Shown here piece after piece: positions 36,224-46,395 of a stretch of DNA of 64,000 nt. The notes below the pieces were generated by a model, which saw only the letters and a list, made by a program, of their open reading frames with translations, ran no database searches and was not told the origin of the DNA. Numbering within the stretch: the first letter of the stretch is position 1; the number at the start of each line of letters is the position of its first letter. Source of the DNA: a virus. A program made the translations under genes and the position numbers. The DNA lies in IMG/VR virus record IMGVR_UViG_3300035532_000260; one strand, 5' to 3'.

Positions 36224-36553
36224 ATGATCAGAGCAAAGATTACGATTCAATGTGATTTGATTGACAAGAAAAAATTGGATGATCTGATGATTGAAATACA
36301 AGATAGACTTTCTGATTATGCTCTGAGCACTGCAACCACGTCTGTGGTATCCCAGACGGTTCCCCTGGATGTCGATGAAATGTTTTCTGTTATGGCGACC
36401 ATGGAAACGGAGGGTGTGCGGACTTTGCTTGGTATGGATGAGTTTGGTCCTGAGATTTGCCCGTACTGTGGAAGTGTTATGCAGGATGGAGAATGCCTTG
36501 GATATCAAGAGGATCCGGCTGGCCATGATGCGTTTCGTAAGAAAAAGACTTGA
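36224..36553 (+). CDS. Hypothetical protein with C-terminal Zn ribbon
   Basis: CPYCGS....EC; RBS GGAGG. Confidence 0.55.
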   Translation: MIRAKITIQCDLIDKKKLDDLMIEIQDRLSDYALSTATTSVVSQTVPLDVDEMFSVMATMETEGVRTLLGMDEFGPEICPYCGSVMQDGECLGYQEDPAGHDAFRKKKT

Positions 36554-36615
36554 CATATTCCGGATTCCGATAGAATTCGGAGGAAGCTCTGGTTGACTCA
36601 TACGAGTCAGCTTTT

Positions 36616-36649
36616 CCCCCTCAAGTTTCAGATTTGAGGGGGATTTTTT
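36616..36649 (+). terminator. Intrinsic terminator
   Basis: CCCCCTCAA-9nt-TTGAGGGGG + ATTTTTT. Confidence 0.75.
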
Positions 36650-36880
36650 GTTGACCAGTAACACCCTTTGTGTTTTATGAAATCGCTTGTTCTGTTTATT
36701 TTTGGCATAAACAGTTGTATTTTTTGCAATGCATTTTCCCCATACCCATACATTCAAAACAATCGTCTCTTTGTTTTTACGCAGTTTCAATTTTAATAAA
36801 TTTCAAAGGTTTACAGCAAAAAATGCTGAAATTACATTTTTCGTGGATAAGTAACACCTTCTGCACGGCGAAAAAACTTT

Positions 36881-36982
36881 GAAAAAATACTTGCATTCTT
36901 TTTGGTCCTTAGCAAGAAAGAAGTTAAGGGAAATAAGGCACTTAACTTCAAAACGGAGGAAAAAGAAAATGACAAGTCAGGA
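36881..36982 (+). promoter_or_regulatory. Promoter-stem-loop-RBS cassette (copy A)
   Basis: TTGCAT..GCAAGAAA-GAAGTTAAG-GGAAATAAGGCA-CTTAACTTC-AAAACGGAGGAAAAAGAAAATGACAAGTCAGGA; near-identical at ~41830 and ~47380. Confidence 0.85.
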
Positions 36983-37220
36983 ACTCGCAAACAAGCTGGA
37001 CCAAAGCATAAGCCGGACGCAGGCAATGAAGCAGCTTCCCGTTCACGTTATCACGGTGACCGAAAATGGGTATTCGGCAGCGACGATCTACTCTCAGGAA
37101 GGGGTTGCTTATTGGGAAGCGAATGTTGAGACCAACGGGTTCCGCCATTGTCATTTTTACAATTACTTTGCAGACCGTGCAACCGCGGATGACGTTGCAA
37201 AGGGTTTGACTGAGGGTTAA
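36969..37220 (+). CDS. Hypothetical protein (MTSQE...)
   Basis: Starts in cassette A. Confidence 0.7.
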   Translation: MTSQELANKLDQSISRTQAMKQLPVHVITVTENGYSAATIYSQEGVAYWEANVETNGFRHCHFYNYFADRATADDVAKGLTEG

Positions 37221-37294
37221 AATTGGATAGGATGAAGTCAAATCCATCATCTATTTACAGTGCAATCGATTGCACAAAATGCATGGAGGTGCTT

Positions 37295-37747
37295 ATGGCA
37301 GCGATTTATGTGGATCATTCGGTATTGCATAAAGATGGTTTATTGTCTTTTGCTTCTCTGGTCAGATTTCCGAGTGGTGCTTGCTCTGAAGTGTCTGGGA
37401 CGGCGGAGGTTGATGATTATGAGAATGCGTTGGATTTTTCCATGCTGCCTTTGATTCATTCTTTACCGCAGGGGTGTTCGATCAATTTTGTAATTCCGAA
37501 GGAAACCACGCCCCGCGAGGCGCGACTGCTTGTGTCGTCTTTTTCTCGCAGGGCTATCAGCATCCGGGTATTATACGAGCCTGCTGTTGTTCCGGTTAAG
37601 GATCTTCCGATTTTTATGTCTGCTCTTCCGTTGCGGATACAGGTGCATCGTGCTTGGAATCGAATGGAGAAGTTTCCTGCGGGTGCGCGGATGTCTCTTT
37701 CCGGGAAGAGGTATGTATCCCCCGCGTGGATGGACCGAACAGCTTAA
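37295..37747 (+). CDS. Hypothetical protein
   Basis: Bracketed by palindromes at 37261 and 37748. Confidence 0.6.
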   Translation: MAAIYVDHSVLHKDGLLSFASLVRFPSGACSEVSGTAEVDDYENALDFSMLPLIHSLPQGCSINFVIPKETTPREARLLVSSFSRRAISIRVLYEPAVVPVKDLPIFMSALPLRIQVHRAWNRMEKFPAGARMSLSGKRYVSPAWMDRTA

Positions 37748-37781
37748 TGCAATCGATTGCATAAATTGTGGAGGATCAGGA

Positions 37782-38279
37782 ATGGAAAAGATCATTTTGG
37801 ATTTGGTTGGTATCGATCGTTTCAACCGGCCGGTGTTTGTGGATAAGAAGCACAATTTGTTTTATTGTTTCACGGATAAGCTGTACTCGCATTATGCCAT
37901 GGATGATTTGTTACGCGATATTGACGATGGGTCTTTGTTAAAGTCAGGTGATCTGACAGTCAAATCGGGCGATATGGACGGCGAACCGTGTAAGTCGGTT
38001 GCTAAGTCTCGGTTTGAGCTTCGTATCAGAAAGCCTATGCGGCCTATGCGAATGGTGATTTTTTCTGATAAAGATGGCCTCCAGGATGTTCTCCTTCCTC
38101 AGAAATTTGTAGATGGGAAAATGATGGAAGCTCTCTTTATCGACTATGATGTGGAGGGCGTGGACGAGGATCAATTGGTGAGTATAAACGGCAGTCCTGC
38201 TCTTTGTTCATCCCTCGGTGTGAAGTTTTGTGAGCAGAAGGAATTGGATTTTTATTTTAATTGCAGAAATAGCAAATAG
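37782..38279 (+). CDS. Hypothetical protein
   Basis: MEKIILDLVGIDRFNRPVF; RBS GGAGG. Confidence 0.6.
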   Translation: MEKIILDLVGIDRFNRPVFVDKKHNLFYCFTDKLYSHYAMDDLLRDIDDGSLLKSGDLTVKSGDMDGEPCKSVAKSRFELRIRKPMRPMRMVIFSDKDGLQDVLLPQKFVDGKMMEALFIDYDVEGVDEDQLVSINGSPALCSSLGVKFCEQKELDFYFNCRNSK

Positions 38280-38356
38280 GAGGAAGGAGAAACCCCATGT
38301 CTCCAGATGGATATACTAGATAAATTAAAGATATATAACTTTTAGGAGAAAAAACC

Positions 38357-38983
38357 ATGGACATTACAAAAGAGCAATTAAGCGAGATTATTAAGCAGAC
38401 TACCGAACAGATTACCTCTCAAGTTGCAGAACAGATTACAAATCAGGTCTGGTCCTCGCTAAGCAAACCTGTGGCCAGGGATAGAGATGGAAATATTTTG
38501 AAAACCGATGAGGAAATACTAATAGCTGCAAGACATGGCCATCTTCCTGATGATTTTGATTTTATGGCTTTTAAGGACTGCAAAGGCAATAATGGGTATA
38601 CCCCTGCTCATGTGGCCGCATTAAATGGTCATCTTCCCGATGATTTTGATTATCTGGCTTTCAAAGATTGTAGAAATAAAGATGGAAATACCCCCGCTCA
38701 TTACGCAGCATACCATGGTCATCTTCCTGATGATTTTGATTTTATGGCTTTCAGGGATGTTAAAAACAGTATTGGAGAGACTCCCGCACACGTAGCTGCA
38801 TATTGTGGTCATCTTCCTGCTGATTTTGATTTTATGGCTTTCAAAGATTGTAAAAATAATGGTGGAAGTACCCCCGCAGATATAGCAGAACGATGTGGCC
38901 ATCTCCCCGGACGCTTTGCAAATGCCAGAGAAGCCGAAGCCTTTGACTATTCAATGGCAGAGTTGGATGATGGACCAAGGTAA
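38357..38983 (+). CDS. Ankyrin-like repeat protein (30-aa tandem repeats)
   Basis: GHLPDDFDFMAFKDC...G.TPAH.AA units with exact 90-nt period (38540, 38630, 38720, 38810, 38900). Confidence 0.8.
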   Translation: MDITKEQLSEIIKQTTEQITSQVAEQITNQVWSSLSKPVARDRDGNILKTDEEILIAARHGHLPDDFDFMAFKDCKGNNGYTPAHVAALNGHLPDDFDYLAFKDCRNKDGNTPAHYAAYHGHLPDDFDFMAFRDVKNSIGETPAHVAAYCGHLPADFDFMAFKDCKNNGGSTPADIAERCGHLPGRFANAREAEAFDYSMAELDDGPR

Positions 38984-39013
38984 TTTTTTATAAAAAAAAT
39001 ACAAAAAAAGGAG

Positions 39014-39715
39014 ATGCCTAATCATGTACATAACAGGTTGGAGATTTTGGGAAGTCCAGAAGAGGTTACTCGGATTCGTGAAGCTATCAAGGGTGGTCCT
39101 TGGAACGATGGTGGGATTGCTGCGATTGATTTCAATAAAATCATTCCGATGCCTGCAGTGTTACGTGAACGTGATGGTATAATGCATATCCCTACTGGGT
39201 TATTGCAGCGTGTTGCAAATGGGGAGGAGACTGCAGAATGTGCCGCTGAGGAATGGGCGAAAGCTACAAAAACTTCTGCAGTAGTTTTTCCGTCTTTGGT
39301 TAAACAGATTGATTGGCAGTCACGTTGTCTTCATGATACAGGATTTACCTCGTGGTATGATTGGTCGGTTGAAAATTGGGGGACGAAATGGAATGCCTAC
39401 GGGACTCCGGATCGACGAGATACCGATAGCACGATTTGGTTTGATACAGCATGGTCTGTTCCCCAGCCTGTTATTGAGGCTCTGACTGCTATGTTTCCGG
39501 AGGTCACGTTTTGCATTACGTGGGCGGATGAAGATACGGGCAATAATTGTGGATCAGTGACATTGCGTAACGGGGAGATGTTGTCTCATCAAATACCTGT
39601 TCCGAATTCTCGGGAAGCTTATGAGATTGCTTTTGCGCTTAACCCCGGGATAAGTGATTTGTATGAGTTGGTGGATGGCAGGTATGAGTACAAGGAAGAG
39701 GCTTTGCACATTTAG
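39014..39715 (+). CDS. DUF1281/YubB ferredoxin-like family protein
   Basis: MPNHVHNRL, WYDWSVENWGTKWNA, FDTAWSVP. Confidence 0.7.
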   Translation: MPNHVHNRLEILGSPEEVTRIREAIKGGPWNDGGIAAIDFNKIIPMPAVLRERDGIMHIPTGLLQRVANGEETAECAAEEWAKATKTSAVVFPSLVKQIDWQSRCLHDTGFTSWYDWSVENWGTKWNAYGTPDRRDTDSTIWFDTAWSVPQPVIEALTAMFPEVTFCITWADEDTGNNCGSVTLRNGEMLSHQIPVPNSREAYEIAFALNPGISDLYELVDGRYEYKEEALHI

Positions 39716-39730
39716 ATGGAGGCGTGTCAC

Positions 39731-40135
39731 ATGCATGATATTATTTCTGAAGAACAGCAATTCGAGGATGCGTTTAGTGCGATGATCGAAACGATCCGAA
39801 CGGCAGCAATGATTGAGGGATGGACTGTCGAGACTATCAAGATTTTTCAAAAGGGCGGGGAGGCCGCAGTCAAGGCACAGGAAGAAGCCCGGGCTATTAT
39901 GGCTCCAAAGTCTTCCGAATTTGCGGAAGCAACGCATAAAATTTCGGCGGTGTATTTTCCCGGATCAGGAGAGGTTGAATTAACTTGGGAAGATATTGAG
40001 ACTGGAGAGGTCGCGGCGTTAACGGTTGGGGTGTCTCCCGAACAGGGAGAGACAATTGCGCGTGTTGTTGTTCCGTGTGGGTATTCTGATGCAATAATGA
40101 CTGATATGGTAACGAAGGATGTAGCGCCTGATTAA
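39731..40135 (+). CDS. Hypothetical protein
   Basis: ORF with RBS GGAGG. Confidence 0.55.
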   Translation: MHDIISEEQQFEDAFSAMIETIRTAAMIEGWTVETIKIFQKGGEAAVKAQEEARAIMAPKSSEFAEATHKISAVYFPGSGEVELTWEDIETGEVAALTVGVSPEQGETIARVVVPCGYSDAIMTDMVTKDVAPD

Positions 40136-40141
40136 CAGGAG

Positions 40142-40330
40142 GTGATGGGAATGGAGGGTTACATTGCAGAAAATGGCAGGTTGTGGATTCAAAGGCGCGG
40201 CGCATACAAGCAACAGGTTTGCCCGAATGATTCGACTCGTCATCCGTGTGGTGATTGGTGCCCGTTGTTTCGAGAGCCTCAAGAAATCGGGAGGGTGGTG
40301 TCGTCCTTACTCTTGGTAACCAGACATTGA
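40142..40330 (+). CDS. Small hypothetical protein
   Basis: CP....CGDWCPLF; RBS CAGGAGG. Confidence 0.5.
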   Translation: MMGMEGYIAENGRLWIQRRGAYKQQVCPNDSTRHPCGDWCPLFREPQEIGRVVSSLLLVTRH

Positions 40331-40669
40331 GGTTCAATCGATTCGAGGACAGGCGTGGAAGGGTGTAGTTCTGCAGTACAAAAAAGAGAAAAGAATCATG
40401 ATACGATCAGTAAGGGGTGGGAAGCGGTAGTCCGTTTCTTCGCCCTTTTTTGTTTCCTTCCAGAAAAAGTGGGAAGGGTGCCTGTCCCCCGATAAAAAAG
40501 GCGGGAAGCGAAGTCCTACACAAGTCATAAACAAGCATCATAGAAGAAAACCCTACCCATACCTATTGCTGTCAGCCTATCAAAGCACAAATCAGTTCTC
40601 TCGCCATAAGACGTTCAGACCTATTATTACTTATTTGGTGCATGTCGCTTATTTGTTGTATATCCGAAG

Positions 40670-40770
40670 AAATAACGCCAAATAACGCCAAATAACGCAG
40701 AAATCACGTAGAAATCGACGTCAAATTACGAAGAATTGAAGAAAATCCCGTAGAAATCGAAGAAAATCCT
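40670..40770. repeat. Short tandem repeats AAATAACGC(C) x3 followed by degenerate AGAAATC/AGAAAATCC units
   Basis: Read directly in a non-coding gap. Confidence 0.7.
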
Positions 40771-40942
40771 ATGCCGTTCCGACTGGTAGCCGTAGTAGAT
40801 TCGATGAAAATTCGGTCTGTGCAGGAAATTGCCTCTTTTGGGTACTAGGGGAGGTGGCTGATTTTGGTTTGTGTTTTTGCTCTTCCCGCATTTTTTGATA
40901 TGCTGAACGCAGTTATCAGGAAACCGTAAAAAGGAGCTGACC

Positions 40943-41329
40943 GTGATTTTTGAATTTCCGCAAATTGATTCGTATGGCCGATATGACAATCCTGGATATG
41001 GGGCGCACACAATGCTTGTTTCGTTTCTGGGATTACGGGTATGGTTTTCGTATTCGACTCCGATTGCCTTCTCCACCCCTGGGCATGGGAGGGTGGTTCG
41101 TCAGAATGATTGGGGTCCGACGACAGGGAAGCATCTGAATATGATCGATGGTGGTGACAAGAAAAATCGGCTGGACAGTGAAGAATTTGAAAAACAGTTG
41201 GATGCGGTCATGTCGTCTGTTTGGGAGGCTACCGCGGCCCAGGTGCTTCGTGACCACCGGGCGCAACGAGATGGTTTAGCTTTTGCTGAATCCGGGATCC
41301 GGCGACTGCGCGTCCGGGTTGGTAAATAG
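40943..41329 (+). CDS. Phage hypothetical protein
   Basis: WFSYSTPIAF...RQNDWGPTTGKHLN pattern typical of phage early proteins; RBS AAGGAG. Confidence 0.65.
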   Translation: MIFEFPQIDSYGRYDNPGYGAHTMLVSFLGLRVWFSYSTPIAFSTPGHGRVVRQNDWGPTTGKHLNMIDGGDKKNRLDSEEFEKQLDAVMSSVWEATAAQVLRDHRAQRDGLAFAESGIRRLRVRVGK

Positions 41330-41368
41330 GTGCAATCGATTGCACACAAAATGGAGGTGGAGTTGGTT

Positions 41369-41725
41369 ATGAATAACACGAATTGTTTGGCGGGCATGTG
41401 TTGTCCGAAATGTGGGAAGGGTGGGCCGTTTGATATGGCATGCCGGGCGTTATGCAGAATGACGGACGATGGATGCGAGAAAGTGACTGATATTGAATGG
41501 GCGGACGGTGACACCTGTCGTTGCCCGTGTGGGTTTGTTGGTACTGTTTCTGATTTTCGGGATGGGTGCCGGGCGCGTATTTGTCAGCTTGCTCGGATCA
41601 TTTTGGATATTGAAAATGCGGATGATCAGCGTATCGATGATGATTCCCGTGTGTATCGTGTGGCGGATGGTGTGTGGGTCCCGGTCATGACATTTATTTC
41701 GTACGATGAATTGGATGGCGTGTAG
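41369..41725 (+). CDS. Hypothetical Cys-rich protein
   Basis: CPKCG...C.CPCGFVGTV.DF. Confidence 0.6.
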   Translation: MNNTNCLAGMCCPKCGKGGPFDMACRALCRMTDDGCEKVTDIEWADGDTCRCPCGFVGTVSDFRDGCRARICQLARIILDIENADDQRIDDDSRVYRVADGVWVPVMTFISYDELDGV

Positions 41726-41829
41726 AGCGTCGTAGGAGGAGTGGGCGTATCTTTGTCGTAGTATGGAGACAGCCTACGACGCCTGTCCTCCCGGAGGATT
41801 TTGTGCCTGAATATTTTTTTGAAAAAACT

Positions 41830-41929
41830 GAAAAAACACTTGCACTATTTTTGGCCTCCAGCAAGAAAGAAGTTAAGGGAAATAAGGCACTTAACTTCAA
41901 ACGGAGGAAAAGAAAATGACAAGTCAGGA
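41830..41929 (+). promoter_or_regulatory. Promoter-stem-loop-RBS cassette (copy B)
   Basis: Near-identical to copy A including the first codons ATGACAAGTCAGGA. Confidence 0.85.
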
Positions 41930-42137
41930 GTATAGGTCAGAACTTTTTGAAGAACTGAATACGGCCCTCGGAAATATTTCTGCAATATCAAAAGAATTGG
42001 AGTGGCTGAGAGTGGCAGTAACCCAAGCACTTGAAGAGCCTGCACTATCCTATAGGCTCTTATCTTCATCTAGCAATAGAATTTTGCAGGATGCTGAGAC
42101 TCTTTCAACTCTCCTTAATAGTCTTGTAGGCAAGTAG
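41916..42137 (+). CDS. Hypothetical protein (MTSQE...)
   Basis: 73 aa, AT-richer; flanked by direct repeats 41813..41848 and 42149..42182. Confidence 0.65.
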   Translation: MTSQEYRSELFEELNTALGNISAISKELEWLRVAVTQALEEPALSYRLLSSSSNRILQDAETLSTLLNSLVGK

Positions 42138-42232
42138 TCCTCGAAATTATTTTTTTGAAAAACTGAAAAACACTTGCACTATACGGGATCGATGCGTCCC
42201 GGTTACGTCGAATTTCATAGGAGGATGGAAGG

Positions 42233-43210
42233 ATGGTTGATATACGAAATGAATATGACATCGATGCGCCTCGGGCCAAGGGTGCATATCTTGAAAAGTT
42301 GCCGGCCGATGCAATAGATCATCCGGATTGGGTCTTGGAGGTCAAGGAGGATGGTTTCCGCATGACCATGCAAATCGGGGAGGAGAGGTCGTTGTTACGT
42401 GGCCGGAACCGGAAGGATTTCATGAAAGGGGTGAAAAAGGCCGGGAGGTTCCAAAGCCTCCGAGCTTGTAATCCCGGGATGGCCGAAATAGGCTCTCAGC
42501 GGCTCGTAGGGACCGTTCTCGACGGTGAGCTGACCGAGATACTCAATTCGGACGGAACGCCTTCAAAAGACACCGCAGAGCGCGAAAAACAGGGCATCTT
42601 TTGTGGTTACACGGTATGGGGTGTTCTGTTTTGGAAAGGGTATGATGTCCGGCATTTCCCGGAGCGATATCGGAGAAAATTGGCGGAGAGGGCGTGCGTG
42701 ATTTTGGCCCACCCGAAAATCCGTATAGCTGAGCAGGTTCCGTTGACCATGGAGAACATTCGGATGATCTGGAATCGCGGGTTGGAGGGTGGCATAGCCA
42801 AGCATTTGAAAAAATCTATCCCGGCTAGCCAGAAAACGATGCCCTGGTGGTACAAGATCAAGACCGAGATCACGACGGATGCGTTTGTCTCGGATGTCAT
42901 CGAGGGCAAGGCGGGAGGATCCGGCGTCCGGGGTGTGGCTCCGAAAAAGAATCAGACTGCTGCGTCATTTGTTATGTCCATGTACAAAAATGGGGAGGTA
43001 GTCGAAGTATGTAAATTGAAAGATCTCCCGGATGATGTGAAGGCGGATGGTTATTTGAATTTTGGGAAGTATCAGTTTCGGGTGATTGAGATGACGGTTT
43101 CTGGCTGGAATGGGAAAGCGTTCCGTTGGCCCCGATTCAAGAAATTCCGGGAGGACAAGGGTGCGTTGGATTGCCAATTCGACGAACAGATTGGGGGGAC
43201 GCATGTCTAA
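42233..43210 (+). CDS. ATP-dependent DNA ligase
   Basis: Motif I EVKEDGFR, VLDGEL, EGGIAK, WYKIK, OB-fold RWPRF..FREDK. Confidence 0.88.
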   Translation: MVDIRNEYDIDAPRAKGAYLEKLPADAIDHPDWVLEVKEDGFRMTMQIGEERSLLRGRNRKDFMKGVKKAGRFQSLRACNPGMAEIGSQRLVGTVLDGELTEILNSDGTPSKDTAEREKQGIFCGYTVWGVLFWKGYDVRHFPERYRRKLAERACVILAHPKIRIAEQVPLTMENIRMIWNRGLEGGIAKHLKKSIPASQKTMPWWYKIKTEITTDAFVSDVIEGKAGGSGVRGVAPKKNQTAASFVMSMYKNGEVVEVCKLKDLPDDVKADGYLNFGKYQFRVIEMTVSGWNGKAFRWPRFKKFREDKGALDCQFDEQIGGTHV

Positions 43211-43418
43211 AAAACCGATATTCTTGAAAGTGGATTGGGAGTTGTTGGAGGAGCAAAAAAACACATTAGCCGAGCTTGCAGCTTCTGAATGTATCTCGGT
43301 CAAGCAGCGTGATCATTTACGTGGCCTGCTTTGTCTTCTGGATGCGTTTCAGGATGCAGCGGCTGATTATTTGCAAAAATATAGTGAAATGGTTTTTCGT
43401 TTGGAGGAGAAGCCATGA
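43203..43418 (+). CDS. Hypothetical protein
   Basis: Overlaps ligase stop. Confidence 0.55.
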   Translation: MSKKPIFLKVDWELLEEQKNTLAELAASECISVKQRDHLRGLLCLLDAFQDAAADYLQKYSEMVFRLEEKP

Positions 43419-43831
43419 AATATGAAATGATTCGATGCGATGTCTGCGGGAAAACGGCCCCTGCTTCCCGGGTAGGCGATGAGTGGGATTTTTGGTAGAA
43501 TTGAAATACCCTGGGAATAATATATGGTGTCATACCCACGCTGTCCCGTATGTATGTCCTGAGTGTCGGGAAGCGATGGCGGAGCGGCTGATCAATGCCC
43601 TTGATGACACATTACGAAATTATGGATACGGGATGGTTCCCGTTGCCAATTGATGTGCAATCGATTGCACTATTTTCGGCCTCCGGCAAGAAGAAAGTTA
43701 TGGGAAATCAGCACTTTAACTTTGGAAGCCTGTTTCTCATTCAAAAATCTTCGGGCGAAATTCTCAATTTCTTAATTGAATTTGGCCTCAATTTTGGGGA
43801 GCATCTTTTCAAAAAAATGGGAGGGCGGTGT

Positions 43832-44032
43832 ATGCAACGACGACGAATGTTAGCACATGGATACAATGCGTTTACCGGTGTTGTTCCTTCTGACGATCAG
43901 ATTGACAGGTACAATCGGATTCAGGAAAGAATCAATTCGTTTATCGATGCGGGCATGCCTGTATCGGAGGCGTTGTTGAATGAGTCGCATGTATTTTTTA
44001 CGATGATCACGCATCCCGGATGGTCGGGGTAG
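43832..44032 (+). CDS. Small hypothetical protein
   Basis: RBS GGAGGG; ends 3 bp before a palindrome. Confidence 0.5.
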   Translation: MQRRRMLAHGYNAFTGVVPSDDQIDRYNRIQERINSFIDAGMPVSEALLNESHVFFTMITHPGWSG

Positions 44033-44367
44033 GTGTGCAATCGATTGCATTTTTTGAAGAGTCGCACACATATCAGTTTCGGCATTGTACGTTGAAGATT
44101 TATCGAAAGCGTGGAGGGCGGGAGCCTTGGGGATTTACGACTGTTTATCAAGGACGGTTGTACCGCAGTCCTGATATGCATGTCAGTAAAGAAAATGCCT
44201 TGCATCAGGGGCGTTTATATGCCAAAAGTTTGATAGAACAAAGTGGGAAGGACAAATGAAAATTACGGTGCATGACATGATTACGGGACGGGTGGTCCTT
44301 GCCAAGGCGGTAGTTGGGTCGGTGATTTGGTGTAGCGTTGCAGTATGAAAACACAAGGAGTGATTTG

Positions 44368-44808
44368 ATGGAACTGAAGATTGTTTATTTGGAGAATTAC
44401 CAGGGATCTGACCTTTTCCGAAAAGATGGGGATGGGTGTTTTGATCTGCGGGCGGCCATCCCGAAACCGGTGACTCTGTTGCCTGGGGAGATCAAGAAAC
44501 TTCCTCTTGGTATCAAGACTGAGTTTCCGGCTGGCCGGGTGGCCCGTGTGTACCCTCGTTCCGGGCTGGGCTCTCGCGGAATCACGCTGGCGAACAATGT
44601 CGGCATCATTGATTCCAGTTATCGTGGTGAGTGGATGGCTCCGATGATCAATTTGGGGAAGGAAGAATACACGATTCACCCGGGTGATCGGATTTTGCAG
44701 GCGGAAATGGGGAGGGTGCTTCCGGTTGATTTTGCCACTGTGGATGAAGCGGATTTGGGATTGTCTGATCGCGGGGAGGGCGGCTTTGGTTCGTCTGGTG
44801 TGAAATAA
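44368..44808 (+). CDS. dut: dUTPase (trimeric)
   Basis: GCFDL, PRSGL, GIIDSSYRGE, DRILQ, RGEGGFGSSG. Confidence 0.96.
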   Translation: MELKIVYLENYQGSDLFRKDGDGCFDLRAAIPKPVTLLPGEIKKLPLGIKTEFPAGRVARVYPRSGLGSRGITLANNVGIIDSSYRGEWMAPMINLGKEEYTIHPGDRILQAEMGRVLPVDFATVDEADLGLSDRGEGGFGSSGVK

Positions 44809-44904
44809 TTTGATGCAATCGATTGCACGTGTCTTGATTTTTCTGCTCACTTTGAAAGTATGAATGTATGGTTATTTTTATTTACTAACGGGAGGTTCAG
44901 TACA

Positions 44905-45132
44905 ATGTTGACTTATGTGACATTTGGCCAGAATCATGTTCATAATATCGGTGGCAAGACATTCGATAAGAATTGTGTTGCTGTGATTGAGGCAAGGGAT
45001 GCGGCGGAGGGGCGGAAGAAGGCATTTGAATATTTCGGTCCGTATTTTTGTTTTGAGTATCCGGAGGATTATTGGGATGAGTCAGAGCGTCTGAAGTATT
45101 TTCCTCGCGGGTATGTTCACGTCAATTGTTAG
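44905..45132 (+). CDS. Hypothetical protein
   Basis: YVTFGQNH..; RBS GGAGG. Confidence 0.55.
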   Translation: MLTYVTFGQNHVHNIGGKTFDKNCVAVIEARDAAEGRKKAFEYFGPYFCFEYPEDYWDESERLKYFPRGYVHVNC

Positions 45133-45149
45133 AAAATGGGAGGAAAGGA

Positions 45150-45848
45150 ATGGGTATTCGGTATAGACTGGAAAAATACAAGAAGCGGGGGGAGCGGCTT
45201 GAGAAAGATTGGCGGGATGTGCGCTGGGAGAAGCATTCTTTGCCGGATCGTCCTATTTGGTCTGCAGATAGGTCCGAAATGTATTTGGATGATTTCTCGA
45301 TTGGGGAGGATCTGGGTCCCGCGCATGAACTTATCGATCTGGGGCATACGGGATGGTTTATTGACTATCTGAATCATGAGGATGCCAGGGGTCATGTAGT
45401 GAAGCTCCGAACGCGGGATGGTGTCCTTTTGATCCCCGCTGTAACGATATCTGATTATGATGGTGTCACGTACTATATGGAAGCCGCTGTTTCCTTATCG
45501 AAACAACAATTGGATGAATCTGAATTTGGTTATTATGTTGGCCGTGTTGCCTGGGATGCGGACAGATACGCCGAGCATGTGGCTGATGATTGTCGGGAGG
45601 AGTGGGTGAAAGACGTGGCCCATGAGTGGTTGGTGGAGAAGCGGGAGGAGTTGCACAATGCAGCAGTTTCTTCTTCCCGGTTACGCAAAGCACTTAAATC
45701 GCAGATTTCGGATTTGTCTATAGTGATTTTGTCTGCAGTCACCGGGTATCAGAAAGTGCTTTCGGATAAGATTTGTTCTTTGGTAACAGACATTAAAAAG
45801 GGGACGGATGACCCGATGTATTGTGTTTCTCGTAAATTCGCATTGTAG
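45150..45848 (+). CDS. Hypothetical protein
   Basis: ORF with RBS; stop abuts a palindrome. Confidence 0.6.
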   Translation: MGIRYRLEKYKKRGERLEKDWRDVRWEKHSLPDRPIWSADRSEMYLDDFSIGEDLGPAHELIDLGHTGWFIDYLNHEDARGHVVKLRTRDGVLLIPAVTISDYDGVTYYMEAAVSLSKQQLDESEFGYYVGRVAWDADRYAEHVADDCREEWVKDVAHEWLVEKREELHNAAVSSSRLRKALKSQISDLSIVILSAVTGYQKVLSDKICSLVTDIKKGTDDPMYCVSRKFAL

Positions 45849-45879
45849 ATGCAATCGATTGCACGAAAGGGAGAGGGTG

Positions 45880-46395
45880 ATGTTGAAAAGAAAATTCTTT
45901 TATATTTATGGATGGGTGTTTGTTCGTCCCCTCCGTTGGTTGTTTTGGAAAATGTGTTGGGCGTCTCATCCTCGATGGCGGTTTGACCGGCTGTATCCGG
46001 GGGGGCCGATGCGCTACCCAAACATTCATTGGTATGTTTTGTATGTCACTGTATTTCGTTTTTGCGCTTGGTTGTATTGGGATGCGTGGCGGGCGTTTGC
46101 AGTTTGGAAGGATCGGGGAGAGGGTCATCGTTGGTTACGCCGACACACATGGTTGAGCAGGATGATTCAAACGATTGGGAGGGGGACGGCTGGCTATACG
46201 ATTAGTGGCGGATCTTGTCCTCATTGTGGGAGTCGGGAAGGTGATCCTGTAGAATTGTCACAATCTGATGATTATTTTGAATTGTTGGAGACGTGGGCAT
46301 CTTCCACGATGGACGGAACGGATCATCGTTTTCGGGGGATTACGACTTGTCCCCGTTGTGGATATAGGGCAGAGTATGAAGATGGTTCCTTGTAA
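45880..46395 (+). CDS. Hypothetical protein with C-terminal Zn ribbon
   Basis: CPHCG...CPRCG; Trp/Arg-rich N-terminus. Confidence 0.55.
   Translation: MLKRKFFYIYGWVFVRPLRWLFWKMCWASHPRWRFDRLYPGGPMRYPNIHWYVLYVTVFRFCAWLYWDAWRAFAVWKDRGEGHRWLRRHTWLSRMIQTIGRGTAGYTISGGSCPHCGSREGDPVELSQSDDYFELLETWASSTMDGTDHRFRGITTCPRCGYRAEYEDGSL

Noticed and set aside
31501-40347. Partial motif copies TCAATCGATT at ~31503, ~33414 and ~40334
   Set aside because: The outer TGCA arms are lost; not counted among the 29 sites, though they may be decayed copies
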